A DNA stretch of 64,000 nucleotides from Dehalococcoidia bacterium. GTDB lineage: Bacteria; Chloroflexota; Dehalococcoidia; Bin125. Each line of letters starts with the position of its first letter. The first letter of the stretch is position 1. The notes below the pieces were generated by a model. That model was not told the origin of the DNA. It was given only the letters and a program-made list of their open reading frames with translations, and did no database searches. A program made the position numbers and the translations under genes. The stretch covers positions 96,001 to 160,000 of the forward strand of contig CAXXSR010000001.1 of NCBI GenBank assembly GCA_963662615.2. Reading direction: 5' to 3'. Below are positions 52,211 through 61,491 of this stretch, in pieces.

Positions 52211-52487
52211 CTCCTCCATATCGCCACCGACGGGCCGATCCAACGAGCATGGACGCCGCCATCGCGGTGGACCTCGCGGCTACGGTGCAGTCCCTGATGC
52301 TCGGCACGATCTACATCTTCGTGGGGTCGGTTCTGAGGGGTGCTGCTGGGCGTCGCCCGTATCGTGGTCCTCATCGCCGATCTCGGTCTCGTCCGGGTCG
52401 CGATCTGCGTCGGCCTGGCGGTGCTGCGGCAGTCGGTGCGTGCGCTCCCCACGGGGCAGACCCCGTCACATGATCTCCGCCGGCACC

Positions 52488-53684
52488 CTAGAGGACGCTG
52501 CCAATGGTCATCGGTGGGAACACACGATTCTCCGTGTAGGGGTGCGCCTCGACGACCGCCTCATCGAGCTCGTAGCCGATGCCCGGATCGGTGGACGGGA
52601 TGATGTATCCGTTCTCCCACTGGATCGGCTTCTTCAGCACGTCGGCGTAGAAGCCGAGGAAGTTCTCGATGCTCTCCTGGATCAGGAAGTTGGGGCTGCA
52701 CGTCGCGAACTGGATGTTCGCCGCGGCCTCGATCGGCCCGGCGTACAGGTGCGGGGCCATCTGGGCGTAATGCGCCTCAGCCATCCCCGCGATCTTCTTC
52801 GCCTCGAGGATCCCACCGACCCGTCCGAGGGCCGGCTGGAGGATCGCTGCGCCCTGCTTGCTCAGCAGATCCTGGAATTCGTACTTGGTGACCAGGCGCT
52901 CCCCGGTGGCGACGGGGATCGTGGTCATCCGTGCGACCCGGGCCATCTCGTCGCGATTCTCCGGCGGTACGGGCTCCTCGAACCACAGCGGGTCGTACTT
53001 TTCGAGCCGCTTGGCAAGCCGGATCGCGCTTGATGTCGTCATCTGGCCGTGGGTTTTGATCAGCAGGTCGCAGCGGTCGCCAACGGCCTCGCGGACGTTC
53101 TTCGTGACGAGTTCCGCGTTGCTGAGTTGCTCCAGGGAGAGCTGGCGGGGGTCGCCCATTGGCATGACCGGGTCGTACCCGACCGCTGTGAAGCCCATGT
53201 TCGCGTAGTACGCCGCCCGCATGGGCGCGATCTCCGGGTCACCGTGGATGTCGCCGTAGGCAACCTGGTCCGGGTCGGAGGGAGCAGCGTTCAGGTAGGT
53301 GTACGAGCGCAGCTTCTCGTTCACCATGCCGCCCAGCAGGTTGTAGACCGGTTGATCGAGCGCCTTGCCGACAATGTCCCAGCAAGCGATCTCGAGGCCG
53401 CTCAGGACGCCGCCGATGGTGAATTCCGGGTGCTGGTTGAATCCGCTCCCGTAGATCGTGCGCCACATCGTTTCAATCTGGAACGGGCTCTGCCCGATCA
53501 CGTGCCGCTCGGCGATGTCTTCGATCAGCCGGCAGGTCTGCGTGGGCGAGAAGGGCACGCCGTATGTCTCGCCGTAGCCCGAGATGCCGTCGTCGGTGGT
53601 GAGCTTCAAGAAGACCCAGAAGGGACCCCCGAAGTGCGGCGGGGGGTTCGCCACGGCCCACGTCTTCACGTCCTTGATCTGCAT
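52488..53684 (-). CDS. Mandelate racemase/galactonate dehydratase-like enolase
   Basis: ACWDIVGKALDQPVYNLLGG, WFEEP and ATGERL motifs. Confidence 0.9.
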   Translation of the reverse strand: MQIKDVKTWAVANPPPHFGGPFWVFLKLTTDDGISGYGETYGVPFSPTQTCRLIEDIAERHVIGQSPFQIETMWRTIYGSGFNQHPEFTIGGVLSGLEIACWDIVGKALDQPVYNLLGGMVNEKLRSYTYLNAAPSDPDQVAYGDIHGDPEIAPMRAAYYANMGFTAVGYDPVMPMGDPRQLSLEQLSNAELVTKNVREAVGDRCDLLIKTHGQMTTSSAIRLAKRLEKYDPLWFEEPVPPENRDEMARVARMTTIPVATGERLVTKYEFQDLLSKQGAAILQPALGRVGGILEAKKIAGMAEAHYAQMAPHLYAGPIEAAANIQFATCSPNFLIQESIENFLGFYADVLKKPIQWENGYIIPSTDPGIGYELDEAVVEAHPYTENRVFPPMTIGSVL

Positions 53685-53846
53685 GGACACCTCCTCGGCC
53701 TAGGCTGCTCGGAATTCCCACTCATCGACGCCGCACAGGATGGAGCCCTTGCAGGCTGGACGCAAGCACGAATGTCCGCCCCACTCCGTCACGAAATCGG
53801 AGAATCGGGATCCCGTCGGGCATGGTTGGATCGCTTTCTCTCCAAA

Positions 53847-53917
53847 GGCGAACTCTATCTCGCTCCGCACTGTTCTGCCCCGCGTCGAGAACAGTCCTGT
53901 CCGAAATAGGGTTCGCC
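53847..53917. repeat. 71-bp long-form palindrome
   Basis: GGCGAACTCTATCTCG...ACTGTTCT-N11-AGAACAGT...CGAAATAGGGTTCGCC. Confidence 0.8.
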
Positions 53918-53979
53918 GCTGGCAAGGGATTCACGTCCCTGCCATGGCCGCCGCCTCGGCGACTTCGAGCCACTCCCGT

Positions 53980-54054
53980 CGCCGCGCCCGCCCGCACGAG
54001 GTTGGTGCATAGCGGGCGACCCACTTGGCCATCGCCTACGAAGCCGATCTTCAT
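53980..54054 (-). pseudogene. 3-hydroxyisobutyrate dehydrogenase-like N-terminal scrap
   Basis: GGAGG RBS, MKIGFVGDGQVGRPLCTNLVRAG, then truncated. Confidence 0.6.
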
Positions 54055-54106
54055 GGCGACCACCTCCCCGCGACCTGCGCCGCGAGAGCTAGACTGCGGC
54101 GTGGTG

Positions 54107-54185
54107 CGCCAAGGCGGCCGCAGCGCACGCCGCGTTTAGCCCCGCCGCCCGCTTACTCGCAACCGAGGCCAGCGCGGCCGGCTAA
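54107..54185 (+). pseudogene. Tyrosine recombinase extreme 3' relic 5
   Basis: AKAAAAHAAFSPAARLLATEASAAG*. Confidence 0.7.
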
Positions 54186-54191
54186 GCGCCG

Positions 54192-54209
54192 GCTTCCCAA
54201 GCAGAGGGT
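54192..54209 (+). other. tRNA-Gly(CCC) fragment, att-like site 3, 6 bp after the relic-5 stop
   Basis: GCTTCCCAAGCAGAGGGT, identical to site 1. Confidence 0.7.
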
Positions 54210-54317
54210 TTGCCGCCGCTGTCCGCGGCGCCCGAAACCCGACCCTTGCGGAAGCCGAGGCGGTGGACATGGCGTTGCCCGTCTGCTTGGCTACGCGAGA
54301 CAAGGGGCGCGCGAACG

Positions 54318-55901
54318 ATGCCCATCGAGACGCAGCGGACCTTCTGGAGGACGATGCCCGGCATCCTGGCTGGCGTCGCAGCGCTGATCACTGCGGTTGC
54401 AGCGCTGCTTGGGGCGTTAGCTGGATTTGGCGCGTTCTCGGGGGATGGCGGACCAGCACCCACCGCCGCTCAGAGCGAGGCCACGCCAACGCTGGATCCT
54501 AGCGCGGAGGACGCTACAGACGAGGTCCCAGGGGGACAGGCGGTCGCCGAATCGCCAGCCGGAGCGCAACAGGAATCGGCGGAGCCGCCCGCTCCCGCTC
54601 CCGCTCCGGCAACCGAGCCGACCCAGAGCGTCGAAGAGGCGGTCCGTCTAGACAAAGAGGCTGATGCAGCGGCGCTCGAAGCAGAGTCCGGGACCGCCGC
54701 CGCCGAGCCAACCCAGAGTGCCGAAGAGGCGGTCCGTCTAGGCAAAGAGGCTGATGCAGCGGCGGTCGAAGCAGAGTCCGAGAGCGCCGCCGCCAGGGCT
54801 GCAGCACGGGATGCCACGGAGTACGCGACGAGAGCCGAAACCGCCGCGCTTGACGCCCCACAAGCCGCCGCCCCTGAGACGGCGGCCTACGCAGTCGCCC
54901 GGTGGGCCGTACAGACGAGAGAGCACGCCGAAGAAGCGCGCACCCACGCGACGAGTGCGCGGGAATTGGCGCTGAAATCGGAAGGACTGGCGAGCGACGC
55001 ACAATCAAAGCTCAACACCATCGATTCCGACACGGCGAACGCTGCAACCCGTGAATCGGCTGACCGAGCTTCCCGGCTTTCATCCGCAGCTCTGGAGCGC
55101 GCCGCAGAGGCGAAAGGCGCGGCATCCGCTGCATCCAAAGACGCAGCAGACGCCGAACGGCGGGCCGAACGGGCCGTCAGGGTAGCAAACCGCGCAACGA
55201 CCGAATGTCGGGACGCGGAATGTCTGTTTGATCGCGGCCAACTGCGGGAGGCGCGGGGGGATCACCTCGGGGCACTTGAACACTACCTCGCTGTGGAAGC
55301 CTGCGAAGGTGTCGTGGATGAGGCACGCACGCAATGTCTTGGTCCGGACAGCGCCGACGAGAATCGAGAGACCGTGACCGACGCGGAAATGCGGCTTGTC
55401 GCCCTGATACGGACCGCGAAGTTCAGGTCGGCGGTCATCCTCTCGCGGATCCCGGAGGTGTCGTATCTCCTCGGCCCGATTGAGGCGATGCGGCGGCTAC
55501 TCGAACGCGTCCCCAAGCTTCCCTGGAAAGACCAACCACCCGACATGGCGGAAGCCGAAGAAGCCCTCCTAGCTCTCTTCGACTACGTCTGGAACAAAGA
55601 GGGAAACGGCCTCTCCGCAGTAAACACACAGCTCGTGAACGAAGAGATCGTATTGGCGCCGGAGGACCGGAACGCAATCATGCGGCTCGATCCGGGTGAG
55701 CTCCTGATTCTTCTGAGGCGATCGGAGTCCCACGATCAATGGGTAGAGGCTATGGTACGCGACGAGATCTCCGGCGTATCGTTTGTTCGAGCTGGGTGGG
55801 TAAACCTGCGCTTACAAGACCCCAGCGCCCTGCCGCTCTTCGGATCGCAGGAAATCAACGAAACCATCCTCGCGACAGTACCGTATACACCGACGCCCTG
55901 A
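54318..55901 (+). CDS. Membrane-anchored Ala-rich coiled-coil protein with possible C-terminal SH3-like domain
   Basis: N-terminal TM helix; internal 76-bp direct repeat (54615-54690 and 54705-54780); WVEA...AGWV. Confidence 0.7.
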   Translation: MPIETQRTFWRTMPGILAGVAALITAVAALLGALAGFGAFSGDGGPAPTAAQSEATPTLDPSAEDATDEVPGGQAVAESPAGAQQESAEPPAPAPAPATEPTQSVEEAVRLDKEADAAALEAESGTAAAEPTQSAEEAVRLGKEADAAAVEAESESAAARAAARDATEYATRAETAALDAPQAAAPETAAYAVARWAVQTREHAEEARTHATSARELALKSEGLASDAQSKLNTIDSDTANAATRESADRASRLSSAALERAAEAKGAASAASKDAADAERRAERAVRVANRATTECRDAECLFDRGQLREARGDHLGALEHYLAVEACEGVVDEARTQCLGPDSADENRETVTDAEMRLVALIRTAKFRSAVILSRIPEVSYLLGPIEAMRRLLERVPKLPWKDQPPDMAEAEEALLALFDYVWNKEGNGLSAVNTQLVNEEIVLAPEDRNAIMRLDPGELLILLRRSESHDQWVEAMVRDEISGVSFVRAGWVNLRLQDPSALPLFGSQEINETILATVPYTPTP

Positions 55902-56188
55902 TCGGTGAGGCGCCACGACGAAAACGGAGGCGAGCGTTTTCTGTTTGCGCTGCGGGACGGCTGGCAACGAAGTGAGCGAGCGGTCGGGTCGGCCTTTGAA
56001 GAAACGTGCTGATGCCCGTCCGACGGCTCCTCCGTGCCGCCAGCGCGACCACGCCCGTGGAAGTCTTGGCCAGTGTTCGCAGAAATATTGAGGCCCCACA
56101 GCCGAAAGGCGTGTTCGGCTGCGCCAGACTCCGATGCGACTCCAAAGTGTGCCAAATAGTGGCGCCTCCGAACTCCATCCCAGTACAG

Positions 56189-56230
56189 CCGAATTGGATC
56201 TCGGAGAGGTCTGTACGAAATTCAATCCGA
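56189..56230. repeat. 42-bp palindrome copy
   Basis: CCGAAT TGGATC TCGGAG AGGTCT GTACGA AATTCA ATCCGA. Confidence 0.65.
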
Positions 56231-56265
56231 CATAGCGACGACTTGTGTTCGCGGCGAGGACTCGG

Positions 56266-56955
56266 TCAGGCGCTCTCGCGCGCGGCCAGGCCGCTGGCGC
56301 AGGCGATGTCCGTGCCGCCCAGTCCGCAGTAGCCGTCCGGATTCTTGGCCAGGTACTGCTGGTGATATGGCTCCGCGTAATAGAACGTCGATGCCGGTAG
56401 GATCTCCGTCGTGATGACTCCGTGCCCGGCGTCGCGCAGCGCCGCTTGGTAGGCATCGCGGGACGCCTCGGCAGCCCGGCGCTGCGCGTCCGACCCGTAG
56501 TAGATCCCCGAGCGGTACGGTGTCCCCACGTCGTTGCCCTGTCGCATCCCCTGGGTTGGGTCGTGGCTCTCCCAGAAGGTCTTCAGTAGCAGCTCGTACG
56601 TGATCAGCGTCGGGTTGAACACGACGAGGACGGTCTCGTTGTGGCCGGTGCGACCTGAGCAGACTTCCTCATAGGTGGGGTTCGGCGTGAGCCCTGCGGC
56701 GTACCCGACTGCAGTCGAGAAGACGCCGACCGCCTCCCAGAAGCACTGCTCTGCACCCCAAAAACAGCCGAGGCCGAAGATGGCCGTCTCCATGCCTGCC
56801 GGGAACGGCGGCTCCAAGGGGGCGCCGTTGACGAAATGTTCTGGGGGGACGGGCATCCGCTGTTCACGGCCGGGCAACGCATCCGCCGTGGTGGGTATCT
56901 CGGTTCTCGCGCGGCCGAACAAGGCCATGGGCATCCCCGCTTCCCTGGGATTCAT
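56266..56955 (-). CDS. msrA: Peptide methionine sulfoxide reductase A, copy 2
   Basis: GCFWGAE motif; about 18 of 229 residues differ from copy 1 (counted by eye). Confidence 0.95.
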   Translation of the reverse strand: MNPREAGMPMALFGRARTEIPTTADALPGREQRMPVPPEHFVNGAPLEPPFPAGMETAIFGLGCFWGAEQCFWEAVGVFSTAVGYAAGLTPNPTYEEVCSGRTGHNETVLVVFNPTLITYELLLKTFWESHDPTQGMRQGNDVGTPYRSGIYYGSDAQRRAAEASRDAYQAALRDAGHGVITTEILPASTFYYAEPYHQQYLAKNPDGYCGLGGTDIACASGLAARESA

Positions 56956-57018
56956 CCGCCCGCGCCGACAGTGTACCGCGCCCGCCGCAGGGCATGGCCA
57001 CTGCCGGACCGAGCCGCG

Positions 57019-57052
57019 GCTTCCCACGCAGAAGGTCACGGGTTCCAGCCCG
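57019..57052 (+). other. Degenerate tRNA-Gly 3'-half fragment, att-like site 4
   Basis: GCTTCCCACGCAGAAGGTCACGGGTTCCAGCCCG. Confidence 0.65.
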
Positions 57053-57257
57053 ACACGAGCGCCCGCAGAATCTCCGACAGGCGCCGCAGAGCGACCGAGA
57101 TGTGCCCTTCCTCCGAGATGAATTGGGCTTCGCAGTGGGGAATGGCCGCGGCCACAGCGCGCCCAATCCGAATCGGGACGTGTACGTTGCGGCCGCCGTG
57201 CCAGAGCAGCACGGGGTCGGCCGCTGCCGTCCGACATCGAGCCCGGTACGCGCCGCC

Positions 57258-57380
57258 GGCTGCCGGCGGCGATCAGCAGATGCACGTCGCTCTGCAAAGG
57301 CGAACTCTCTCGCGGTCAGCAATGTTCTGCACCGCATCAAGAAAACGACTGTCCGAGATATTCTACGGCATGGTTTTCAG
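57258..57380 (+). repeat. ~125-bp repeat containing the long palindrome (57299-57369); degenerate short copy at 57205-57246
   Basis: Homologous to 16178-16300. Confidence 0.8.
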
Positions 57381-57459
57381 GCGACCCGCTGAGCTACATC
57401 AGTGGGGTACACACCGCTCGCGTTGAAGACGACCGACGAGGGGCAAACCCTGCCGGGCA

Positions 57460-57501
57460 TCGGACCCTATGTCGGACGGTATTGTCCGACGTAGAGTTCG
57501 A
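57460..57501. repeat. 42-bp palindrome copy
   Basis: TCGGAC CCTATG TCGGAC GGTATT GTCCGA CGTAGA GTTCGA. Confidence 0.85.
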
Positions 57502-57582
57502 GCCCTCACAAGGCGTCCCCATGGCCTCGCCCTGCGGTCTCGTCTTACCGGGAGCGGGCGTCTGGGCGGTTAGACTCCGCAC

Positions 57583-58836
57583 ATGCTCACGCGCCTGCCT
57601 GCCTTGCAGTCGCCCGACTACCGGCTGTTGTTCTACAACATCGTGCTGGCGGAGGCGGCGCGCTGGGCGCTGATGCTGGCGCGCGGCTGGCTCGTCTTCC
57701 AGCTCACGGATTCCACCGGCGCCGTGGGGATCGTGACGTTCGCCGGAATGGCGCCGTTCCTGTTCTTGGGACCGCTGGCGGGCGCGCTGGCAGACCGCTT
57801 CGACCGACGCCGTATGGCGATCGCCTCCGCGACGCTGGGCGTCACGTTCTCGGCCGCGCTGGGCGCGCTGGTCGTGATGGACGCCGTCGCCACGTGGCAG
57901 GTGGTGATCTTGGCCGTCCTGCAGGGCACGACGATGGCGACGGTGGGTCCCGCCCAAGAGGCGCTGCTGCCGAGCCTGGTGGCACGCACGCATCTCCTGA
58001 ACGCGGTGGCGCTCAACGGCGTCGGGCGTTACGGCTCACGCGCCGTGGGGCCCCTCGCCGGCGGTGCGGTGCTGGCGACGTTGGGCGTGGGCGCCGTCTT
58101 CTTCCTCTCGGCCGGCCTGCTCTTCCTGGCCGTCGTTCAGTTCTGGCGGATTGGCTGGCGTCCGGCCGCGGCGCCCGCATCGACGGGGACGCCGTTGCAC
58201 CGGCTCGGCGCCGAGGTAGCCGAGGGGATGCGCTACGCGTGGCAGGACCGCCGGGTGCGGCTGGTGCTCTCGCTCCTGGGCGCGCACTGTGGGCTGACGA
58301 TGGCGTTCGACTCCCTGTTGCCGCGGCTGGCGACCGACGTCGGCGGGGGCAGCACGACGTTCACGGCGATTCTTGTGGGGATTGGCGTGGGGGCGCTGGT
58401 GGGCACGCTGGCGCTGTCGCAGCTGCGGCAGGAGGCGGTGCGGGGATCCGTGCTCGCCGCGACCGGGCTGGGCAGCGGGCTGGCGATGATCGTCCTGGGG
58501 CTCGCACAGACGCCGGCCATGGCCGTGACCGGCGCGGCGCTCGCCGGCGGGACGCAAGCGACCTACATGGCGCTCTCAGCGACGTTAGTGCAGACGATCA
58601 TTCCGGACCATCTTCGGGGCCGGGTGATGTCGCTTTATTTGATGCTGGCCGCCGGTCACATGGCGTTCATGAACCTGGGCTTTGGCTTGTTCGCGGACGA
58701 GGTGGGCGTCCGCGTGCTCTTGGTGGGCCCGGGCGTGATCTGGGTGGGCGTCTTCCTGCTGGCCACCCTGACGCTGACGGACCTGCGCCACCTGCTGCGG
58801 CGCGGCGATTTCGTCTCGACCGAGGGCGTTGCTTAG
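57583..58836 (+). CDS. MFS transporter (MFS_3-like)
   Basis: GALADRFDRRR and PDHLRGRVMSLY motifs; many TM helices. Confidence 0.9.
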   Translation: MLTRLPALQSPDYRLLFYNIVLAEAARWALMLARGWLVFQLTDSTGAVGIVTFAGMAPFLFLGPLAGALADRFDRRRMAIASATLGVTFSAALGALVVMDAVATWQVVILAVLQGTTMATVGPAQEALLPSLVARTHLLNAVALNGVGRYGSRAVGPLAGGAVLATLGVGAVFFLSAGLLFLAVVQFWRIGWRPAAAPASTGTPLHRLGAEVAEGMRYAWQDRRVRLVLSLLGAHCGLTMAFDSLLPRLATDVGGGSTTFTAILVGIGVGALVGTLALSQLRQEAVRGSVLAATGLGSGLAMIVLGLAQTPAMAVTGAALAGGTQATYMALSATLVQTIIPDHLRGRVMSLYLMLAAGHMAFMNLGFGLFADEVGVRVLLVGPGVIWVGVFLLATLTLTDLRHLLRRGDFVSTEGVA

Positions 58837-58874
58837 GGCCTCCCCAGGCCCGCGTGAAGAGACGGGAGGACAGG

Positions 58875-60101
58875 ATGTCAGACACCGAACCGTCCCAGGC
58901 AGGTGCGCGGGCCCCAAGTGAGGCGCACTGGTCTGCCTTCCGCTCGCGCATCCCCGCCACCTCCCACTGCATCTACTTCAACTCCGGCTGGTCCGGCCCG
59001 CTCCCCAGTCCCGTTGTGGAAGCGATCGAGGGCCGGCTGCGTCGGGAGTGGCGCGAGGGACCGACCACGCAGGCCGTGCAAGACGAACTGCTGGCGCTGC
59101 GCGAGCGGGTGCGGGCGCAGTTCGCCGCACTCATCCAGGCCGAAGCCGAGTCCGTGGTATTGACGCAGAACACCACGGAAGGGATGAACATCGTCATCAG
59201 CGGGCTCGAGTGGCGGGCAGGCGACGTGGTCGTGACGACGACGATGGAACACAGCTCCGGCCTGGTTCCCGTCTACTACCTGGGAGCCCGGCACGGCGTT
59301 GAGGCGCGCTACGTCTCCCCAGATGTCGCCGAAGCGTCCGCCGACACACTGCAACGCTTTTACGAAGCGATCACGCCGGGTGTAAAGCTCGTCGTGATCA
59401 GCCACATCTCCTACTCCACGGGGCTGGTGTTGCCGCTGGCGGAGATCGTGCAGCGGGCGCACGAGGTGGGGGCACGGGTGCTGGTCGACGGGGCCCAGTC
59501 CATGGGGCAACTGCCGCTCGACCTCTCAAGCTGGGAAGTCGATTACTACGCGGTCCCCGCGCACAAGTGGCTGCTGGGGCCGGATGGGGTTGGTGCGCTC
59601 TATGTGCGGCGGGACTTGATCTCAAGCCTGGAGCCGCGCGCGGTGGCCGGGAAGGCGGCGCGCTCATTCGCGTTCGATGGGAGCGGATTCGAGCCGCAGC
59701 AGGACGACATCGCGAAGTTCCAACTGACCACGTCGAGCGGTCCGCTGTTGGCCGGCGTGGAAGCCGCTCTGGCGTTCTATGCGGAGGCCGGCCCCGCCGC
59801 CGCGGGGGACCGAATCCGGTCGCTTGGTGCGGCGGCGGCGGACGCCCTTGAGGCCGTTGCCGGGGTGACGGTGGTCAGCCCACGGCGATCGGAGACGCGC
59901 AGCGGCCTGGTCTGTTTTCGTGTCGCTGACCGGGAATGCCGGAGTGTGGCGGAAGCCCTGCAGCGTGACCACGGCGTCGTCTGCCGCGCGGTCGCGGAGC
60001 AGAACACCGTGCGCTGGTCGATGCACTACTTCAGCACGGAGGAGGAAGTGCGGAGCGCCGTCGCAGCGCTTACGGCGTTGGTCGCGGCGAGTGAGTCGTA
60101 A
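58875..60101 (+). CDS. Class V PLP aminotransferase (cysteine desulfurase / IPN epimerase-like)
   Basis: NTTEGMN, VDGAQS and AHKWLLGPDGVG motifs. Confidence 0.9.
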   Translation: MSDTEPSQAGARAPSEAHWSAFRSRIPATSHCIYFNSGWSGPLPSPVVEAIEGRLRREWREGPTTQAVQDELLALRERVRAQFAALIQAEAESVVLTQNTTEGMNIVISGLEWRAGDVVVTTTMEHSSGLVPVYYLGARHGVEARYVSPDVAEASADTLQRFYEAITPGVKLVVISHISYSTGLVLPLAEIVQRAHEVGARVLVDGAQSMGQLPLDLSSWEVDYYAVPAHKWLLGPDGVGALYVRRDLISSLEPRAVAGKAARSFAFDGSGFEPQQDDIAKFQLTTSSGPLLAGVEAALAFYAEAGPAAAGDRIRSLGAAAADALEAVAGVTVVSPRRSETRSGLVCFRVADRECRSVAEALQRDHGVVCRAVAEQNTVRWSMHYFSTEEEVRSAVAALTALVAASES

Positions 60102-60291
60102 CGGTCGCTGGAGCCGCGTCGAGCGCTTGGGCGCCGGTCGCCCCCTGCCCGCGCAGCAGGAACGTCTTACTGCCAGATCGTCCCGCCTTCCTCCGAGCGA
60201 ATCGTGACAGGAGCCGTCGGGCTGATTGTGGCCCGCAGCCAGGCGCCAATTGCGCCGTTTGGTCCGCGTCTCGGATATGATCAGCGCTCCC

Positions 60292-61491
60292 CTACGACAC
60301 CGCGTGCATGATCTCCGCGAAGCGCTCCAACTGCTGGTCCGACTTCTCCTTCGACATCAGCCCGATTTGCCACAGCAGCACCCAGTACTCGAAGTGGAAC
60401 CGATCCTGGACCTCCTGCACCTTCGCCTTCACCTCGTCCATCGTCCCGATCAGCAGGTACTGGGACTTGACCATCCGCTCCGCCAGCGTCTCCCCCGGCG
60501 ACGGCACGGGCCCCTCCTCCCCCGGCAGCCGGAAGGTCTCGTAGAAGCCGAAGTGCTTGAAGTACGTCCACACCGGCGCCACGTACTTTTCCACATACTC
60601 ATCGATATCCTCCCTCTCATCGACGATATACACCTCCCGCACGATCGCGATGTGCTCCCCCAGCGCGTAGTCCCGCCCGTGCTCCTTGCACACCCGCTGG
60701 AACGTCTCCGCCAACTCCTGCACCCGCTCCAGCGGCCCCTGCAGCACTGTCGGAATGATGTCCTGCTCCCCACACCACTCCATCGTCGCCGGACTCACCG
60801 AAAACGCCTGGAACAGCGGCGGATGCGGCTTCTGGTACGGGCTCGGCACCACCGACACCTTCTGCACGATCCCCTCGTCGTCCACCTCCCCCGGCACCCC
60901 CGCCTCCCGCGTCAGATCCGCCGCCGGCCAGTCCGTGTTGGGGTACGGCACCATGTACCCTTCCTGCTTCCACTCGATGGCGTCTTCCGTCCAGGCCTTG
61001 CGCATCAGGTTGAGGTGCTCTTCGAACACCCGCCGGTTCTTCAGGTCGATCTCCGACTGATCCGAATACGTCCCCTGCGCCCCGTACCTCTGCCCCAGCA
61101 CGTTCGTCCAGCGCCGCTGGTACCCCCGCGCCAGCCCCACGAAGAACCGCCCCTGCAGCATGTGGTCGATCATGGCCGTCTGCTCCGCCAGCCGGATCGG
61201 GTCCCGCGTTGGCAGCACGTAGCCCAGCTGCCCGAGCCGCAACTCTTTCGTGTGCAACCCCAGGTAGAGGTTCAGGATCCCCGGGTCCGGTGACACCTCC
61301 AGCCCTTCCGAGTGGAAGTGGTGCTCCGTGTGGCACATCCCCCAGTACCCCAGCCGGTCCGCCGTCTTCGCTGTGTGCACCAGGTACTCCAGCATCACCT
61401 GGTACTGCTCCGCGTCCCGCCCCACCGGCCGCTTCGCCGCCCGCGTCTCTGGGTCCGCCATGATCGGGTAGACCTGCAGAATCGTCTTCAT
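60292..61491 (-). CDS. LLM-class flavin-dependent monooxygenase
   Basis: TEHHFHSEG, DPIRLAEQTAMIDH and PYQKPHPPLF motifs. Confidence 0.9.
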   Translation of the reverse strand: MKTILQVYPIMADPETRAAKRPVGRDAEQYQVMLEYLVHTAKTADRLGYWGMCHTEHHFHSEGLEVSPDPGILNLYLGLHTKELRLGQLGYVLPTRDPIRLAEQTAMIDHMLQGRFFVGLARGYQRRWTNVLGQRYGAQGTYSDQSEIDLKNRRVFEEHLNLMRKAWTEDAIEWKQEGYMVPYPNTDWPAADLTREAGVPGEVDDEGIVQKVSVVPSPYQKPHPPLFQAFSVSPATMEWCGEQDIIPTVLQGPLERVQELAETFQRVCKEHGRDYALGEHIAIVREVYIVDEREDIDEYVEKYVAPVWTYFKHFGFYETFRLPGEEGPVPSPGETLAERMVKSQYLLIGTMDEVKAKVQEVQDRFHFEYWVLLWQIGLMSKEKSDQQLERFAEIMHAVS

